DNA from: Sulfolobus acidocaldarius DSM 639
GTDB lineage: Archaea; Thermoproteota; Thermoprotei_A; Sulfolobales; Sulfolobaceae
Assembly: GCF_000012285.1 (NCBI RefSeq)
Contig: NC_007181.1
Span: forward strand, 1-32,000
Direction: 5' to 3'
Length of the DNA stretch: 32,000 nt
Every line of letters starts with the position of its first letter. Position 1 is the stretch's first letter. A program made the translations under genes and the position numbers. Shown piece after piece: positions 8,334 to 16,728 of the stretch. The notes under the pieces are model-generated. The model was not told the origin of the DNA, made no database searches, and saw only the letters and a program-made list of their open reading frames with translations.

Positions 8334-8343
8334 TTTTTTATAC
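8334..8343 (+). promoter_or_regulatory. TATA-like box for the Cld-like gene
   Basis: TTTTTTATAC is centred about 28 nt upstream of the ATG at 8367. Confidence 0.4.
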
Positions 8344-8366
8344 TACAAATCTGAAGAGTAAGAAAT

Positions 8367-9035
8367 ATGGCTAACGGAGTTTACATGTACGTAATTCAGG
8401 CTAAATTTAATAACGAATGGTGGTCAACCTCTCTCCAAACAAGAAGGAATATATTAAATAGAATAGAAGAATTAGAGGCTCGTAGTAAGAATGATCTTGT
8501 TGCATTAAAGAGATTTATTTCTCTGCGATACGATGGTCATCTTTTATATTGGGTATCAGACTTTGATACGTCTAAACTAAATAACCTCAGATATTCCCTG
8601 ATTTCTTCAGGGGAAGGATTTTTAGAGGAGAAGCTTACACTATTTTCGTATTTTAAACCATCACCTTATATTGGTGGTTCAGCTGATAAATTAGCCTCTT
8701 ACCTTAGACTAGAACCTCTCAGGTATTTTATAGCATACCCAATGAAAAAATCTCCTGAATGGTATTTACTACCTTTCGAAGAACGTAAAGAGATAATGGA
8801 TGAGCATATAGAGATAGCAAAGACCCATCCTGATAATCAGGGAATCAGGTCATATACCACTTATTCTTTTGGTATTGCTGACTATGAGTTCGTGGTAATT
8901 TATGAAGCTCCAGATCTCTCCAAGTGGATAAATGTAGTGGAGCGACTCAGGGAGGCAAAGGCAAGAAAGTGGGTTGTTTCAGAGGAGCCTATCCTTGTAG
9001 GAGAGATCGGATCTCTTGATATTTTCTTGAAATGA
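8367..9035 (+). CDS. chlorite dismutase-like / HemQ-like family protein
   Basis: 222 aa. YPMKKSPEWYLLPFEERKEIMDEHIEIAK is the characteristic Cld-family segment and includes the putative proximal His. Confidence 0.82.
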   Translation: MANGVYMYVIQAKFNNEWWSTSLQTRRNILNRIEELEARSKNDLVALKRFISLRYDGHLLYWVSDFDTSKLNNLRYSLISSGEGFLEEKLTLFSYFKPSPYIGGSADKLASYLRLEPLRYFIAYPMKKSPEWYLLPFEERKEIMDEHIEIAKTHPDNQGIRSYTTYSFGIADYEFVVIYEAPDLSKWINVVERLREAKARKWVVSEEPILVGEIGSLDIFLK

Positions 9036-9516
9036 ATAAGAGGCTGAGAATAGTTTTTCCGTCCTCTATTTTTCCTTCATCTATCATTTTAATTGCTTCA
9101 TCAATCGTTAATTCAAAAGGCTCTATTACCTCATACTCCTCTAATTTTTGAGTAGTTTTTGTCAAATTTGTAGCTATATATAGGTGCATTAACTCTGTTG
9201 CTATTCCAGGGGAGACATAGAATTTTAAAACCTTGAATAATTTAAGGGGAACATAACCTATTTCCTCCTCTAACTCTCTTCTTGCAGTTAGATCCTCACT
9301 TTCCCCTTCCTCTATTGTTCCAGCAGGAAACTCATATAACCACTTTCCTAATATGGGTCTGTATTGTTTGATCAAAATTATCCTCTCTGGTCCTAAAAAG
9401 GGAGCAATGACTACTGAGCCTCTATGTCTCACAAATGCTTTCTCCACTTGTTTTCCATTTGGTAAGTTAAAGTTCTCAATTAGTACATCAAATTTCTTAG
9501 ACGAATATATTCTCAT
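8989..9516 (-). CDS. NUDIX hydrolase (ADP-ribose pyrophosphatase-like)
   Basis: 175 aa. Nudix box GTIEEGESEDLTARRELEEEIGY. Confidence 0.9.
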   Translation of the reverse strand: MRIYSSKKFDVLIENFNLPNGKQVEKAFVRHRGSVVIAPFLGPERIILIKQYRPILGKWLYEFPAGTIEEGESEDLTARRELEEEIGYVPLKLFKVLKFYVSPGIATELMHLYIATNLTKTTQKLEEYEVIEPFELTIDEAIKMIDEGKIEDGKTILSLLFISRKYQEIRSLLQG

Positions 9517-9520
9517 AGGA

Positions 9521-10129
9521 CTAAAAATTAATCCAATGATATTTTTGCTTTGCTTTCAAATATAATGTTTCCCAGTCAATTAAGAAGAGGACAACTCCTA
9601 ACACTATAAAAGCTATTGAAAATATTAATGTTAAAGTAAGTGCCCCTACATTTAAAACATCACTTATCTTAATTATTCCGAATACTTCTAAAGGTATTTC
9701 TACAGCACTTTTGGTCAATTTGCCAAGTATTGACACTTTTAACATATTAAGTATAGATACTTTAGCCACTCCTCCACCTATAAATAAATAATCATCAAAG
9801 GGAAGAAGTGGAATTACAGAAAGGATGAATAATAATATTTTAAAATATCTAGAGCGAGAAAACTTACTTAGAATGTCGATATTTTTATTTCTTCGTAAAG
9901 GTTTTCTTAAAACAAATCCTAAAGCATAAGTGAGCGTTTTAGCTAAAGCTGCCCCTAAACCCGAAATAACTATTGCTATAACAAAATTTTCTATGTTTAT
10001 CCCGTTCTTGATGATGAAATATGTTGCTATCAATGTATAAGGAGCACCAAGGAACGGGAGAGCATTTGAGGCTAAACTTATTATGAATATTATTATTGCC
10101 TCTAATAGATAATTATCGATATGCATCAT
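9521..10129 (-). CDS. membrane protein, DedA/VTT (SNARE-associated)-like
   Basis: 202 aa with multiple TM spans. The segment IPLLPFDDYLFIGGGVAKV resembles a VTT domain. It starts 4 nt downstream of the Nudix gene. Confidence 0.7.
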   Translation of the reverse strand: MMHIDNYLLEAIIIFIISLASNALPFLGAPYTLIATYFIIKNGINIENFVIAIVISGLGAALAKTLTYALGFVLRKPLRRNKNIDILSKFSRSRYFKILLFILSVIPLLPFDDYLFIGGGVAKVSILNMLKVSILGKLTKSAVEIPLEVFGIIKISDVLNVGALTLTLIFSIAFIVLGVVLFLIDWETLYLKAKQKYHWINF

Positions 10130-10198
10130 TGATGCTCAACTTAACATTATTAGTGTGTATCCTAAATAATATTTATCTGCAAGTTATAATTTCATCAC

Positions 10199-11032
10199 AT
10201 GGTAAAGATATACTTAGGACCTGCAGGTGTTCCCCATAGCGCAAAGAAGAAATCTACTATAGACGGAGTAAAAACTGTTAAAGAGCTAGGTTTGAACGCA
10301 ATGGAAGTTGAATTTGTTCAAGGAGTGAAAATGAGTAAGGAGACAGCAGAAGAAGTAGGTAGAGTAGCGAAGGAGTTAGGGGTAAGATTATCAGTGCACG
10401 CTCCTTATTTTATAAACTTATGTTCAGAGGAAGACGAGAAAGTACAGGCATCCAAGAAAAGGATACTTGATACTGCAGATAGGGCAGAGAGCATGGGTGC
10501 AGATGCTATAGCTATTCACATAGCGTTTTACGGTAAAATGAAACCAGAGGAATGTTATGGGAAAATTAAATCTGAATTAGGAGAGGTTGTGGATAGTGCT
10601 AGATCTAATGGAATCAAAAACGTAAAATTTGGCGTAGAGACTATGGCTAAGGAGACAGCTTTTGGCTCACTAGACGAGGTCATTTCAATATCTAAGGAAA
10701 TAAAAGGTGTTATTCCCTACATTGATTGGGCACATACCTTTGGAAGATTGGGTGGTAAGATAGATTATGAGGAAATAATCAATAGACTAGTTAAAGAGTT
10801 GAACTTAATTCATATAAATTCCCATTTTGAGTCATTAATTTTTAAAAACGGTAAGTATATTGATGAACATATACCTATAGATAACAATACTCCTCCTTTT
10901 GAACCTTTAGCTAGAGAATTAGTTAAGAGGAAGGACATTTCAATTTCTCTTATCTGTGAAAGTCCAGAGCTAGAAAGAGATGCGCTTAAGATGAAAAAGG
11001 TATTGGAAGATCTGGGGTATAAGTTTGAATAA
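10199..11032 (+). CDS. endonuclease IV-like AP endonuclease family 2 (TIM barrel)
   Basis: 277 aa. SVHAPYFINL is a motif typical of Endo IV, and the His/Glu-rich metal-site pattern fits. Confidence 0.82.
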   Translation: MVKIYLGPAGVPHSAKKKSTIDGVKTVKELGLNAMEVEFVQGVKMSKETAEEVGRVAKELGVRLSVHAPYFINLCSEEDEKVQASKKRILDTADRAESMGADAIAIHIAFYGKMKPEECYGKIKSELGEVVDSARSNGIKNVKFGVETMAKETAFGSLDEVISISKEIKGVIPYIDWAHTFGRLGGKIDYEEIINRLVKELNLIHINSHFESLIFKNGKYIDEHIPIDNNTPPFEPLARELVKRKDISISLICESPELERDALKMKKVLEDLGYKFE

Positions 11033-11702
11033 GGACATAATTTTTGTATCTGACTATGATAGAACTCTGTCCTCAGAAAAGAATAATTTTCGTATAGACA
11101 AAGAAGTCGCTCGGATTGTAAATGATTTTTCTAAGACCTATCCATTTTTTGTTGTTACGGGAAGGGAGAAGAAGTTTATAGATATTCTAGCCCCTGAACT
11201 TAAACCTACTGGTTGGATATTAGAAAATGGAGCTTTAATGTACGTTAATGGTGAGTTAATTTACAATATTCAACCTTCTTGGTTTGATACACGAAAAAAC
11301 ATAATTAAAATCCTTGATAATTACAATATTTCTTATAGTCTGGGAAATGTAATAGTATATGTAGATAAGGCTCATGAATATAAAGGTGTTCTAAATTCGA
11401 TTAAGGACGCAACAGTTGAATGGAATAGAAATGATGCAATGATTCTTCCGAAAGGAGTTGATAAGGGGAGTGCTGTAATCCAACTTCGAGAGAGACTTGG
11501 TTATAGAGGCAAGATAGTTGCAATTGGGGACAGTGAAAACGATATTTCAATGTTTAGAGTTGCAGACATTAGGGTTAGTGTTGCAAATGCCCTACCCATG
11601 ATTAAGGAGATTAGTGAATTGATACTAGAAAAAGAGGATGGGGAGGGAGTAAAAGAATTCTTGTTAAAGGTATTAAAAGGAGAAATTATTCTTATAAAAT
11701 AA
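11025..11702 (+). CDS. HAD-IIB (Cof-type) phosphatase
   Basis: 225 aa. Motif I is FVSDYDRTL (DxDxT) and motif IV is GDSENDISMF. Its start overlaps the upstream stop by 8 nt. Confidence 0.85.
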   Translation: MNKDIIFVSDYDRTLSSEKNNFRIDKEVARIVNDFSKTYPFFVVTGREKKFIDILAPELKPTGWILENGALMYVNGELIYNIQPSWFDTRKNIIKILDNYNISYSLGNVIVYVDKAHEYKGVLNSIKDATVEWNRNDAMILPKGVDKGSAVIQLRERLGYRGKIVAIGDSENDISMFRVADIRVSVANALPMIKEISELILEKEDGEGVKEFLLKVLKGEIILIK

Positions 11703-12290
11703 GTAGACATCTACCTGGAATTCATGAAAATTTTTTGTATGCCATGGATAGTAGGGCTTCATTCTGTATCTGGAAGTCAGCATTTCATACTGAAAACCAT
11801 ATTCTTTAGATATCCTTTCAATTAATTGTTGTGTTTTTGGATTTGACTTATGAATTGAATAAACTGTTGTAGAAATACTCAGAGCTTTTCTCAGAAATAC
11901 CATATCCATACCTTGCTTCACTACTCCAAATGGAGGGTTTTGTATTACAGTGTCTACCTTTTTTGATATCTCAAGTGACTCAACATCAGCTTCAATAAAC
12001 TCAGGATTATCGAATTCCCTCAATAAGCTTTTCGCCTCCATAATGGCTTCCCTATCGAGTTCAATGCATACGCAATTTCCTCTCAGTACAGTCACACCTA
12101 AGCAGAATTTTCCTGTTCCACAGCCTAGGTCTATTACTAATTTACCCTGAATATCTTTCCTCAGGTAAGCTGTCCATAATATTGTAGATGCTAGATCGGA
12201 AGGGGTTATATACTGCTCTAATTGGTACTTAGGATTTGGATGATTTTTAACTTTTTCTAGAAATATTTCTAATTGTTTCTTACTATTAAT
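11673..12290 (-). CDS. METTL5-like (COG2263) SAM-dependent RNA N6-adenine methyltransferase, with no canonical start codon
   Basis: The ORF track starts at GTG 12095, which is after SAM motif I. The same frame stays open up to 12317 and encodes ...KKQLEIFLEKVKNHPNPKYQLEQYITPSDLAS...VIDLGCGTGKF..., followed by NPPFG. No in-frame ATG/GTG/TTG occurs upstream of 12095. ATT at 12290-12288 would give MNSKKQLE... and a family-typical 205 aa. Confidence 0.6.
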   Translation of the reverse strand: MNSKKQLEIFLEKVKNHPNPKYQLEQYITPSDLASTILWTAYLRKDIQGKLVIDLGCGTGKFCLGVTVLRGNCVCIELDREAIMEAKSLLREFDNPEFIEADVESLEISKKVDTVIQNPPFGVVKQGMDMVFLRKALSISTTVYSIHKSNPKTQQLIERISKEYGFQYEMLTSRYRMKPYYPWHTKNFHEFQVDVYLFYKNNFSF

Positions 12291-12940
12291 TTCAGTACCT
12301 CTAATAAGCTTTTCACCCTATTAGCTTTTACGTCCTCATAAAAACCGAATCTGTCTAACAATACAGGATTAATTCCTGCTCGTAGTGCCCCAATGTAATC
12401 CACTTCATATACATCACCAATATGAAATACTGGTCTTCCATGTTTTTCCATAGCCATTTTAAATATCCTGGGATGAGGTTTTAAAACGCCTAGATCACAA
12501 GAGGCATACATATCATCTATATATTTGTCTATCTCTAGATCACGAATTATTCTGTAAACACTTTTGGTAGCGTTTGTGATTAATATCAATTTATAGCCCA
12601 TTTCTTTTGCTTCTTTTACGAAATTTAAGGCATCTTCGTATAACTCCCATACATCTGATAGTAGATTAAGTTTCATGAGCTCATTTACTAAACTTTCAGA
12701 AGGAAATATCTTAAGGTCATACAAAAGTTCATAGTAGTTTATTTCACTTAATCCGCCAATTGTAGGATCTGGAAAATGCTTTTTGCCTAACTGCCTATTA
12801 ATGGCTCTAAATACCTGCTTTTCAGAGATATTATATCCTTTATCTTTAAGAAATTGAAATATAGGTTGATGAAATTTTGGACTAAAACTGACAAGTGTTT
12901 CTCCCATATCTATGAATATTACTTTATTCATTTCAACCAC
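12269..12940 (-). CDS. HAD-IA-type hydrolase with atypical motif I
   Basis: 223 aa. Motif I is FIDMGETL (Gly where the second Asp is expected), motif II is ILITNATK, and motifs III/IV are KPHPRIF...GDVYEVDYIGA. Confidence 0.85.
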   Translation of the reverse strand: MVEMNKVIFIDMGETLVSFSPKFHQPIFQFLKDKGYNISEKQVFRAINRQLGKKHFPDPTIGGLSEINYYELLYDLKIFPSESLVNELMKLNLLSDVWELYEDALNFVKEAKEMGYKLILITNATKSVYRIIRDLEIDKYIDDMYASCDLGVLKPHPRIFKMAMEKHGRPVFHIGDVYEVDYIGALRAGINPVLLDRFGFYEDVKANRVKSLLEVLKLIVRNN

Positions 12941-13242
12941 TTAATTGTAAATTTTGGCGGTTCTATGTTTTCACTCTTACACTCGGGGCATTTACTTGGT
13001 TTTCTTGGTTTCTCGATGTTGAAGACGTAACCGCAATTGTTACATTTTGGTAAATATACAAAAAGTTTTACGTTTTTCCTTTTTAAGGATTTGGCTATAT
13101 GGTAAAGGTTTTCATAAACTTCTTTTTCCTTTTTTATCCCTAATATTTTCATTATCTGTTTTGCTGTTAATGGTTCTTGTGAATATTTTAACAGTAGTAC
13201 AATCTTCTCTCTCGTCGTAAGGAACTCAAACTCATTTATCAT
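12928..13242 (-). CDS. transcription regulator, HTH domain fused to a C-terminal zinc ribbon (COG3357-like)
   Basis: 104 aa. N-terminal wHTH (LTAKQIMKILGI) and C-terminal CNNCG...CPEC. Confidence 0.8.
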   Translation of the reverse strand: MINEFEFLTTREKIVLLLKYSQEPLTAKQIMKILGIKKEKEVYENLYHIAKSLKRKNVKLFVYLPKCNNCGYVFNIEKPRKPSKCPECKSENIEPPKFTIKWLK

Positions 13243-14261
13243 ATTAATTTAGAATATATTTTTTCTATTTCCACTAATATATCTTGCGGTGTAAATCCTT
13301 TTGATAATGCAATAATTGATGACCCGCCTGCTCCTACACCTTCCTTAACGAACCCTTCTTCATATGCTCTTAATCCACTGTATTTTGATTTGCTGAAATC
13401 TAATAATGATGCCATAACTGGTACTCCGACTTGTCTAGATATGGAGACTATATCTGAGGAAGAGTCTTGAATTATCCATTTAGTTGTACCTATTGATATG
13501 TTTTGAATTATCTTCTTGTCAATTTCCTTGATTATAGCTGCAGCTGCAGTCATCTGTGTACCTCCTGCTAATAACACTCTTTTCCTAAATCCAATTGTGA
13601 TTCCAGCCACGCTGATTAACATGGGATCAGAAACTTTACTTATTTTGCCCAGAAAGTCACTAGGTAAATCTTTTATGGCTTCGTATACCACTTTTCTTTT
13701 TAAGTCTTTAGGGTTCACAGGAGACGCAGAACTGACTTTATCAGCTGCGTCATATCCTAGACTTAGGAGTACAGCCATAGCTGTGGTGGTGCCTGCGGGT
13801 ATTGATTCACCAATCACTAAGAAGTCATAGGAGTTTGCCAATTCTTCTCCCAATATGATAGAATTTTCTAATATCCTCTGTGATGTCTCTCTGGTAAGGG
13901 AGAATTTCCTAATATCTCCCCCTGGTTCTCCCCCTACATCTATAAAGGGTATTTTTGGTTTTACCCTAGAACCTGCGTTAACCACTAACTTTGTAGCATT
14001 TACAAGTTTCAGTGAGGCTCTACTGATTATTGCTGGTGTTGGTATTCCAGTTGGTGTTACAGGAACAGAATTTATAGAGATACACTTTTCTTTAATCAAG
14101 AATTCTGCATCTGCTGCAGGAGTAAAGTGCGTTAATTCAGGTGTAGCCCCAGCAACAGTAATTCCTGGAATAAGACTAACGTCAGTTGTTGCTATAACTA
14201 GAATAAACGCAAAATTACCATTAAGGCTTATTTTTCCGTTAATCTCCTGAATGAAATTCAC
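13239..14261 (-). CDS. CobT-like phosphoribosyltransferase family protein (archaeal UPF0284)
   Basis: 340 aa. TDVSLIPGITVAGATPE and GESIPAGTTTA resemble the nicotinate-nucleotide:DMB phosphoribosyltransferase fold. Confidence 0.82.
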   Translation of the reverse strand: MNFIQEINGKISLNGNFAFILVIATTDVSLIPGITVAGATPELTHFTPAADAEFLIKEKCISINSVPVTPTGIPTPAIISRASLKLVNATKLVVNAGSRVKPKIPFIDVGGEPGGDIRKFSLTRETSQRILENSIILGEELANSYDFLVIGESIPAGTTTAMAVLLSLGYDAADKVSSASPVNPKDLKRKVVYEAIKDLPSDFLGKISKVSDPMLISVAGITIGFRKRVLLAGGTQMTAAAAIIKEIDKKIIQNISIGTTKWIIQDSSSDIVSISRQVGVPVMASLLDFSKSKYSGLRAYEEGFVKEGVGAGGSSIIALSKGFTPQDILVEIEKIYSKLI

Positions 14262-14301
14262 ATTAACTTCATTAGCGAGGTGATAATAAAAATCTTAAGG
14301 C

Positions 14302-14658
14302 ATGGAAAAATTTTGGGAATATTATAAAGTTATTGAAAAAGGTACACTAATTAGTTTTGAAGAGTTTAAGAATAATAGAGAGATAAACCTCAGTATCAGA
14401 GAAGCTATAAAGTTCTTATACAAATTAATTGAATCATCAGCAAGTAAAATAACTTCAAGTAAGGGGGAAAATTTGATTTGGGATTTAGCCAGAAAAAAGG
14501 TGATAAGACCATCTAATATAGAGGAGTTCATAGATGTTGTAAACATTGCCACAAGAATAGAAGAAGTAGATGATAGTATAATTTACCCTATGCTAGTTAG
14601 AATAATGGAGGATTTAGAAGACTTATACTTTTCAATAATTAATTTTAAAAACTCATAA
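14302..14658 (+). CDS. hypothetical helical protein
   Basis: 118-aa ORF placed 20-26 nt upstream of nadA. Composition is protein-like. No family recognised. Confidence 0.6.
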   Translation: MEKFWEYYKVIEKGTLISFEEFKNNREINLSIREAIKFLYKLIESSASKITSSKGENLIWDLARKKVIRPSNIEEFIDVVNIATRIEEVDDSIIYPMLVRIMEDLEDLYFSIINFKNS

Positions 14659-14684
14659 GTAATTGAACATATGTTCGATTGCCA

Positions 14685-15683
14685 ATGCCTGCCTACAATA
14701 ATAATTTAATATCTGAGATAAAAAGATTAAAAAAAGAAAAGAATGCAATAATACTGGGACATAATTATATGGAGTATGGTGTTCAACTAGTTTCTGATTT
14801 TACAGGAGATTCTTTTGATCTAGCATTAAAGGCAATGAATACTAACGCGGATATAATAGTATTCGCTGGTGTTTACTTTATGGTAGAGCAGGCTGCTGCA
14901 TTAAATCCAGATAAGAAAGTGCTATCACCAGAGCCTAATGCCGGTTGTTCTCTATCAGACTCATTACCAGTAGACGTATTGAAGAAATACAAGGAAATGT
15001 ATCCTGGAGCTCCAGTAGTTCTTTACATAAATACCAGTATTTACGCAAAAGCCTTAGCCGATTATGTGGTAACTTCTTCCACAGCCATTCAAGTAATTGA
15101 GCGAATTAATTCGGATAAAATCATTTTTGGTCCTGATATTAATCTTGCTAGATATGTTGAGTCTCGTACAGGCAAGAAACTAATTAAAGTACCACCGGAT
15201 GGAAAATGTATAGTACATGCAAATTATACCAAACAATTAGTAGAGTTGGCTAGGAAAAGATATCCGAACGCTATTCTTATGGCGCATCCGGAAAGCCCTC
15301 TAGAAGTACTGGAAGCAGCAGATTATGTGGGATCTACTAATCAGATGGTCAAATTTGCGAAGGATAGCCCACAGAGAGAATTTATAGTCGCCACAGAATT
15401 AGGAATGATAAACGCATTAAAGCTAAAAGTTCCAGAAAAGGAATTTTACCCCTTAGTTACAACAGAAGCTTGCGGATGTGCAAGATGTCCTTATATGGCT
15501 ATGGTAAACTTGGAGAATATTAAGAGATCGTTAGAGTTGGAAGTTTATGAGGTAAAGGTTCCTAAAGATGTAGGAGAAAAAGCTAAGGAGGCTTTCCTAA
15601 GGACTATGAGGCTTGTTGGAGAATCTTCTTCATCTCTTCAATCAAGATCTCAACTTCCCTCTTTGTATTATAGAAATGAGTAG
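14685..15683 (+). CDS. nadA: quinolinate synthase
   Basis: AIILGHNY, and Cys ligands including TEACGCARCPYM. An alternative TTG start lies at 14679. A 22-aa Ser-rich C-terminal tail lies antisense to the next gene. Confidence 0.9.
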   Translation: MPAYNNNLISEIKRLKKEKNAIILGHNYMEYGVQLVSDFTGDSFDLALKAMNTNADIIVFAGVYFMVEQAAALNPDKKVLSPEPNAGCSLSDSLPVDVLKKYKEMYPGAPVVLYINTSIYAKALADYVVTSSTAIQVIERINSDKIIFGPDINLARYVESRTGKKLIKVPPDGKCIVHANYTKQLVELARKRYPNAILMAHPESPLEVLEAADYVGSTNQMVKFAKDSPQREFIVATELGMINALKLKVPEKEFYPLVTTEACGCARCPYMAMVNLENIKRSLELEVYEVKVPKDVGEKAKEAFLRTMRLVGESSSSLQSRSQLPSLYYRNE

Positions 15684-16728
15684 ATATTCTTATCCCTTCT
15701 CCTCGGGCAGAAACAACTATATGCTTCTCTAATAGTTTCTGAACTACTTGCTTAGCATTATTTACCCTTATTATGGATATACCTGCCTTTCTTTTCTTAG
15801 GTGTAATCACGTCTAGTCTGTTCTCTTCAGCAAGTTTTATCACATAATCAGATAAATTTTGAACTGAAGAATAGGTTTCTTCTTCATGCTTTCTGATTAT
15901 TTCACAAGACTTGGCTAATCCCAGATTAGCTGCTATATCGATTGTCCCAATTTCGAACCTTCTTGGACCTGGTTCAATTTCAAATTTTTCCGGATTAAAC
16001 TCTAAATAATTCTTAGTACTCTTCCATCCATAGAATGGTGGGTCCGAAATTAATCCTTTTCTTACGTATATAAATCCAGAGCCCTGTGGACTCATTAACC
16101 ACTTATACCCTCCAGCTACTGCGAAATCTACACCAAGGTCTTTTACATCAACCTTTATAGCTCCTGCACTCTGAATTATGTCTAAAAGGGTAAATCCTCC
16201 AACACTTTTAACCTCTTTAACTATTTTTTTAACATCTACCATAACGCCAGTGTTGAAACTTACATGACTAACAGCTACTAGTCTTGTTCTAGTGTCTATT
16301 GCGGAAAGCAGATCCTCTTCTATTGTATCTGGTTTTGTTTTTACTAGTTTAATTTTAACTCCTTTCTTTTCAAGTTTTAAAAATGGATAGACGACAGTTG
16401 GAAATTCTAAATTATCAGTTACTATATTTTCTCCTTCCTTTATGTCTAAACCAAATGAGATAACATTAACCCCAAAGCTGGTGTTTGGTATTAACGATAT
16501 CTCATCAGCTTCTGCATTTATTAAGGAACCAATGTTTTTTCTTATATGGTATAATTCATCTGATTCTTCATCGTTATCTGCTAAGGAACCATAACGCATT
16601 ACATCGATTAAATATCTGTTAGCTTCAAAGTAAACAGGTAGTGGGGTAGGAGATATAGCGGCATGGTTAAGGTATGTCATTCTTTTTGTTATAGGTACTA
16701 GTTCTCTGAAATCTTCAACGAATGTCAT
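15604..16728 (-). CDS. class V PLP-dependent aminotransferase / cysteine desulfurase-like
   Basis: 374 aa. PLP-lysine context [17 protein letters not shown]. Its start overlaps the acyl-CoA synthetase stop by 14 nt. Confidence 0.88.
   Translation of the reverse strand: MTFVEDFRELVPITKRMTYLNHAAISPTPLPVYFEANRYLIDVMRYGSLADNDEESDELYHIRKNIGSLINAEADEISLIPNTSFGVNVISFGLDIKEGENIVTDNLEFPTVVYPFLKLEKKGVKIKLVKTKPDTIEEDLLSAIDTRTRLVAVSHVSFNTGVMVDVKKIVKEVKSVGGFTLLDIIQSAGAIKVDVKDLGVDFAVAGGYKWLMSPQGSGFIYVRKGLISDPPFYGWKSTKNYLEFNPEKFEIEPGPRRFEIGTIDIAANLGLAKSCEIIRKHEEETYSSVQNLSDYVIKLAEENRLDVITPKKRKAGISIIRVNNAKQVVQKLLEKHIVVSARGEGIRISTHFYNTKREVEILIEEMKKILQQAS

Noticed and set aside
10176-10198. Minus-strand GTGATGA followed by 12 nt and then CAGA (a half C/D unit) in the 69-nt divergent promoter region.
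   Set aside because: No C' box or terminal CUGA follows within a plausible distance. The region is needed for two divergent promoters, and the C-box-like heptamer abuts the ATG at 10199.
13516-14250. Two plus-strand ORFs (104 and 131 aa) inside the CobT-like gene. There are similar antisense or off-frame ORFs at 97-315, 1700-1993, 3257-3613, 4538-4828, 6184-6429, 6655-6837, 7372-7650, 9353-9565, 11501-11710, 11950-12150, 14322-14552, 16863-17054, 17790-18038, 18584-18841, 18927-19187, 19470-19652, 20692-20877, 23243-23428, 28034-28228, 29026-29226, 30751-30933, 31192-31434 and 31465-31707.
   Set aside because: Each lies entirely within, or mostly opposite, a longer ORF with recognisable family motifs. 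Their translations are low-complexity S/L/I/F/T-rich strings, typical of shadow frames in AT-rich coding DNA. None has a convincing promoter or a recognisable domain.
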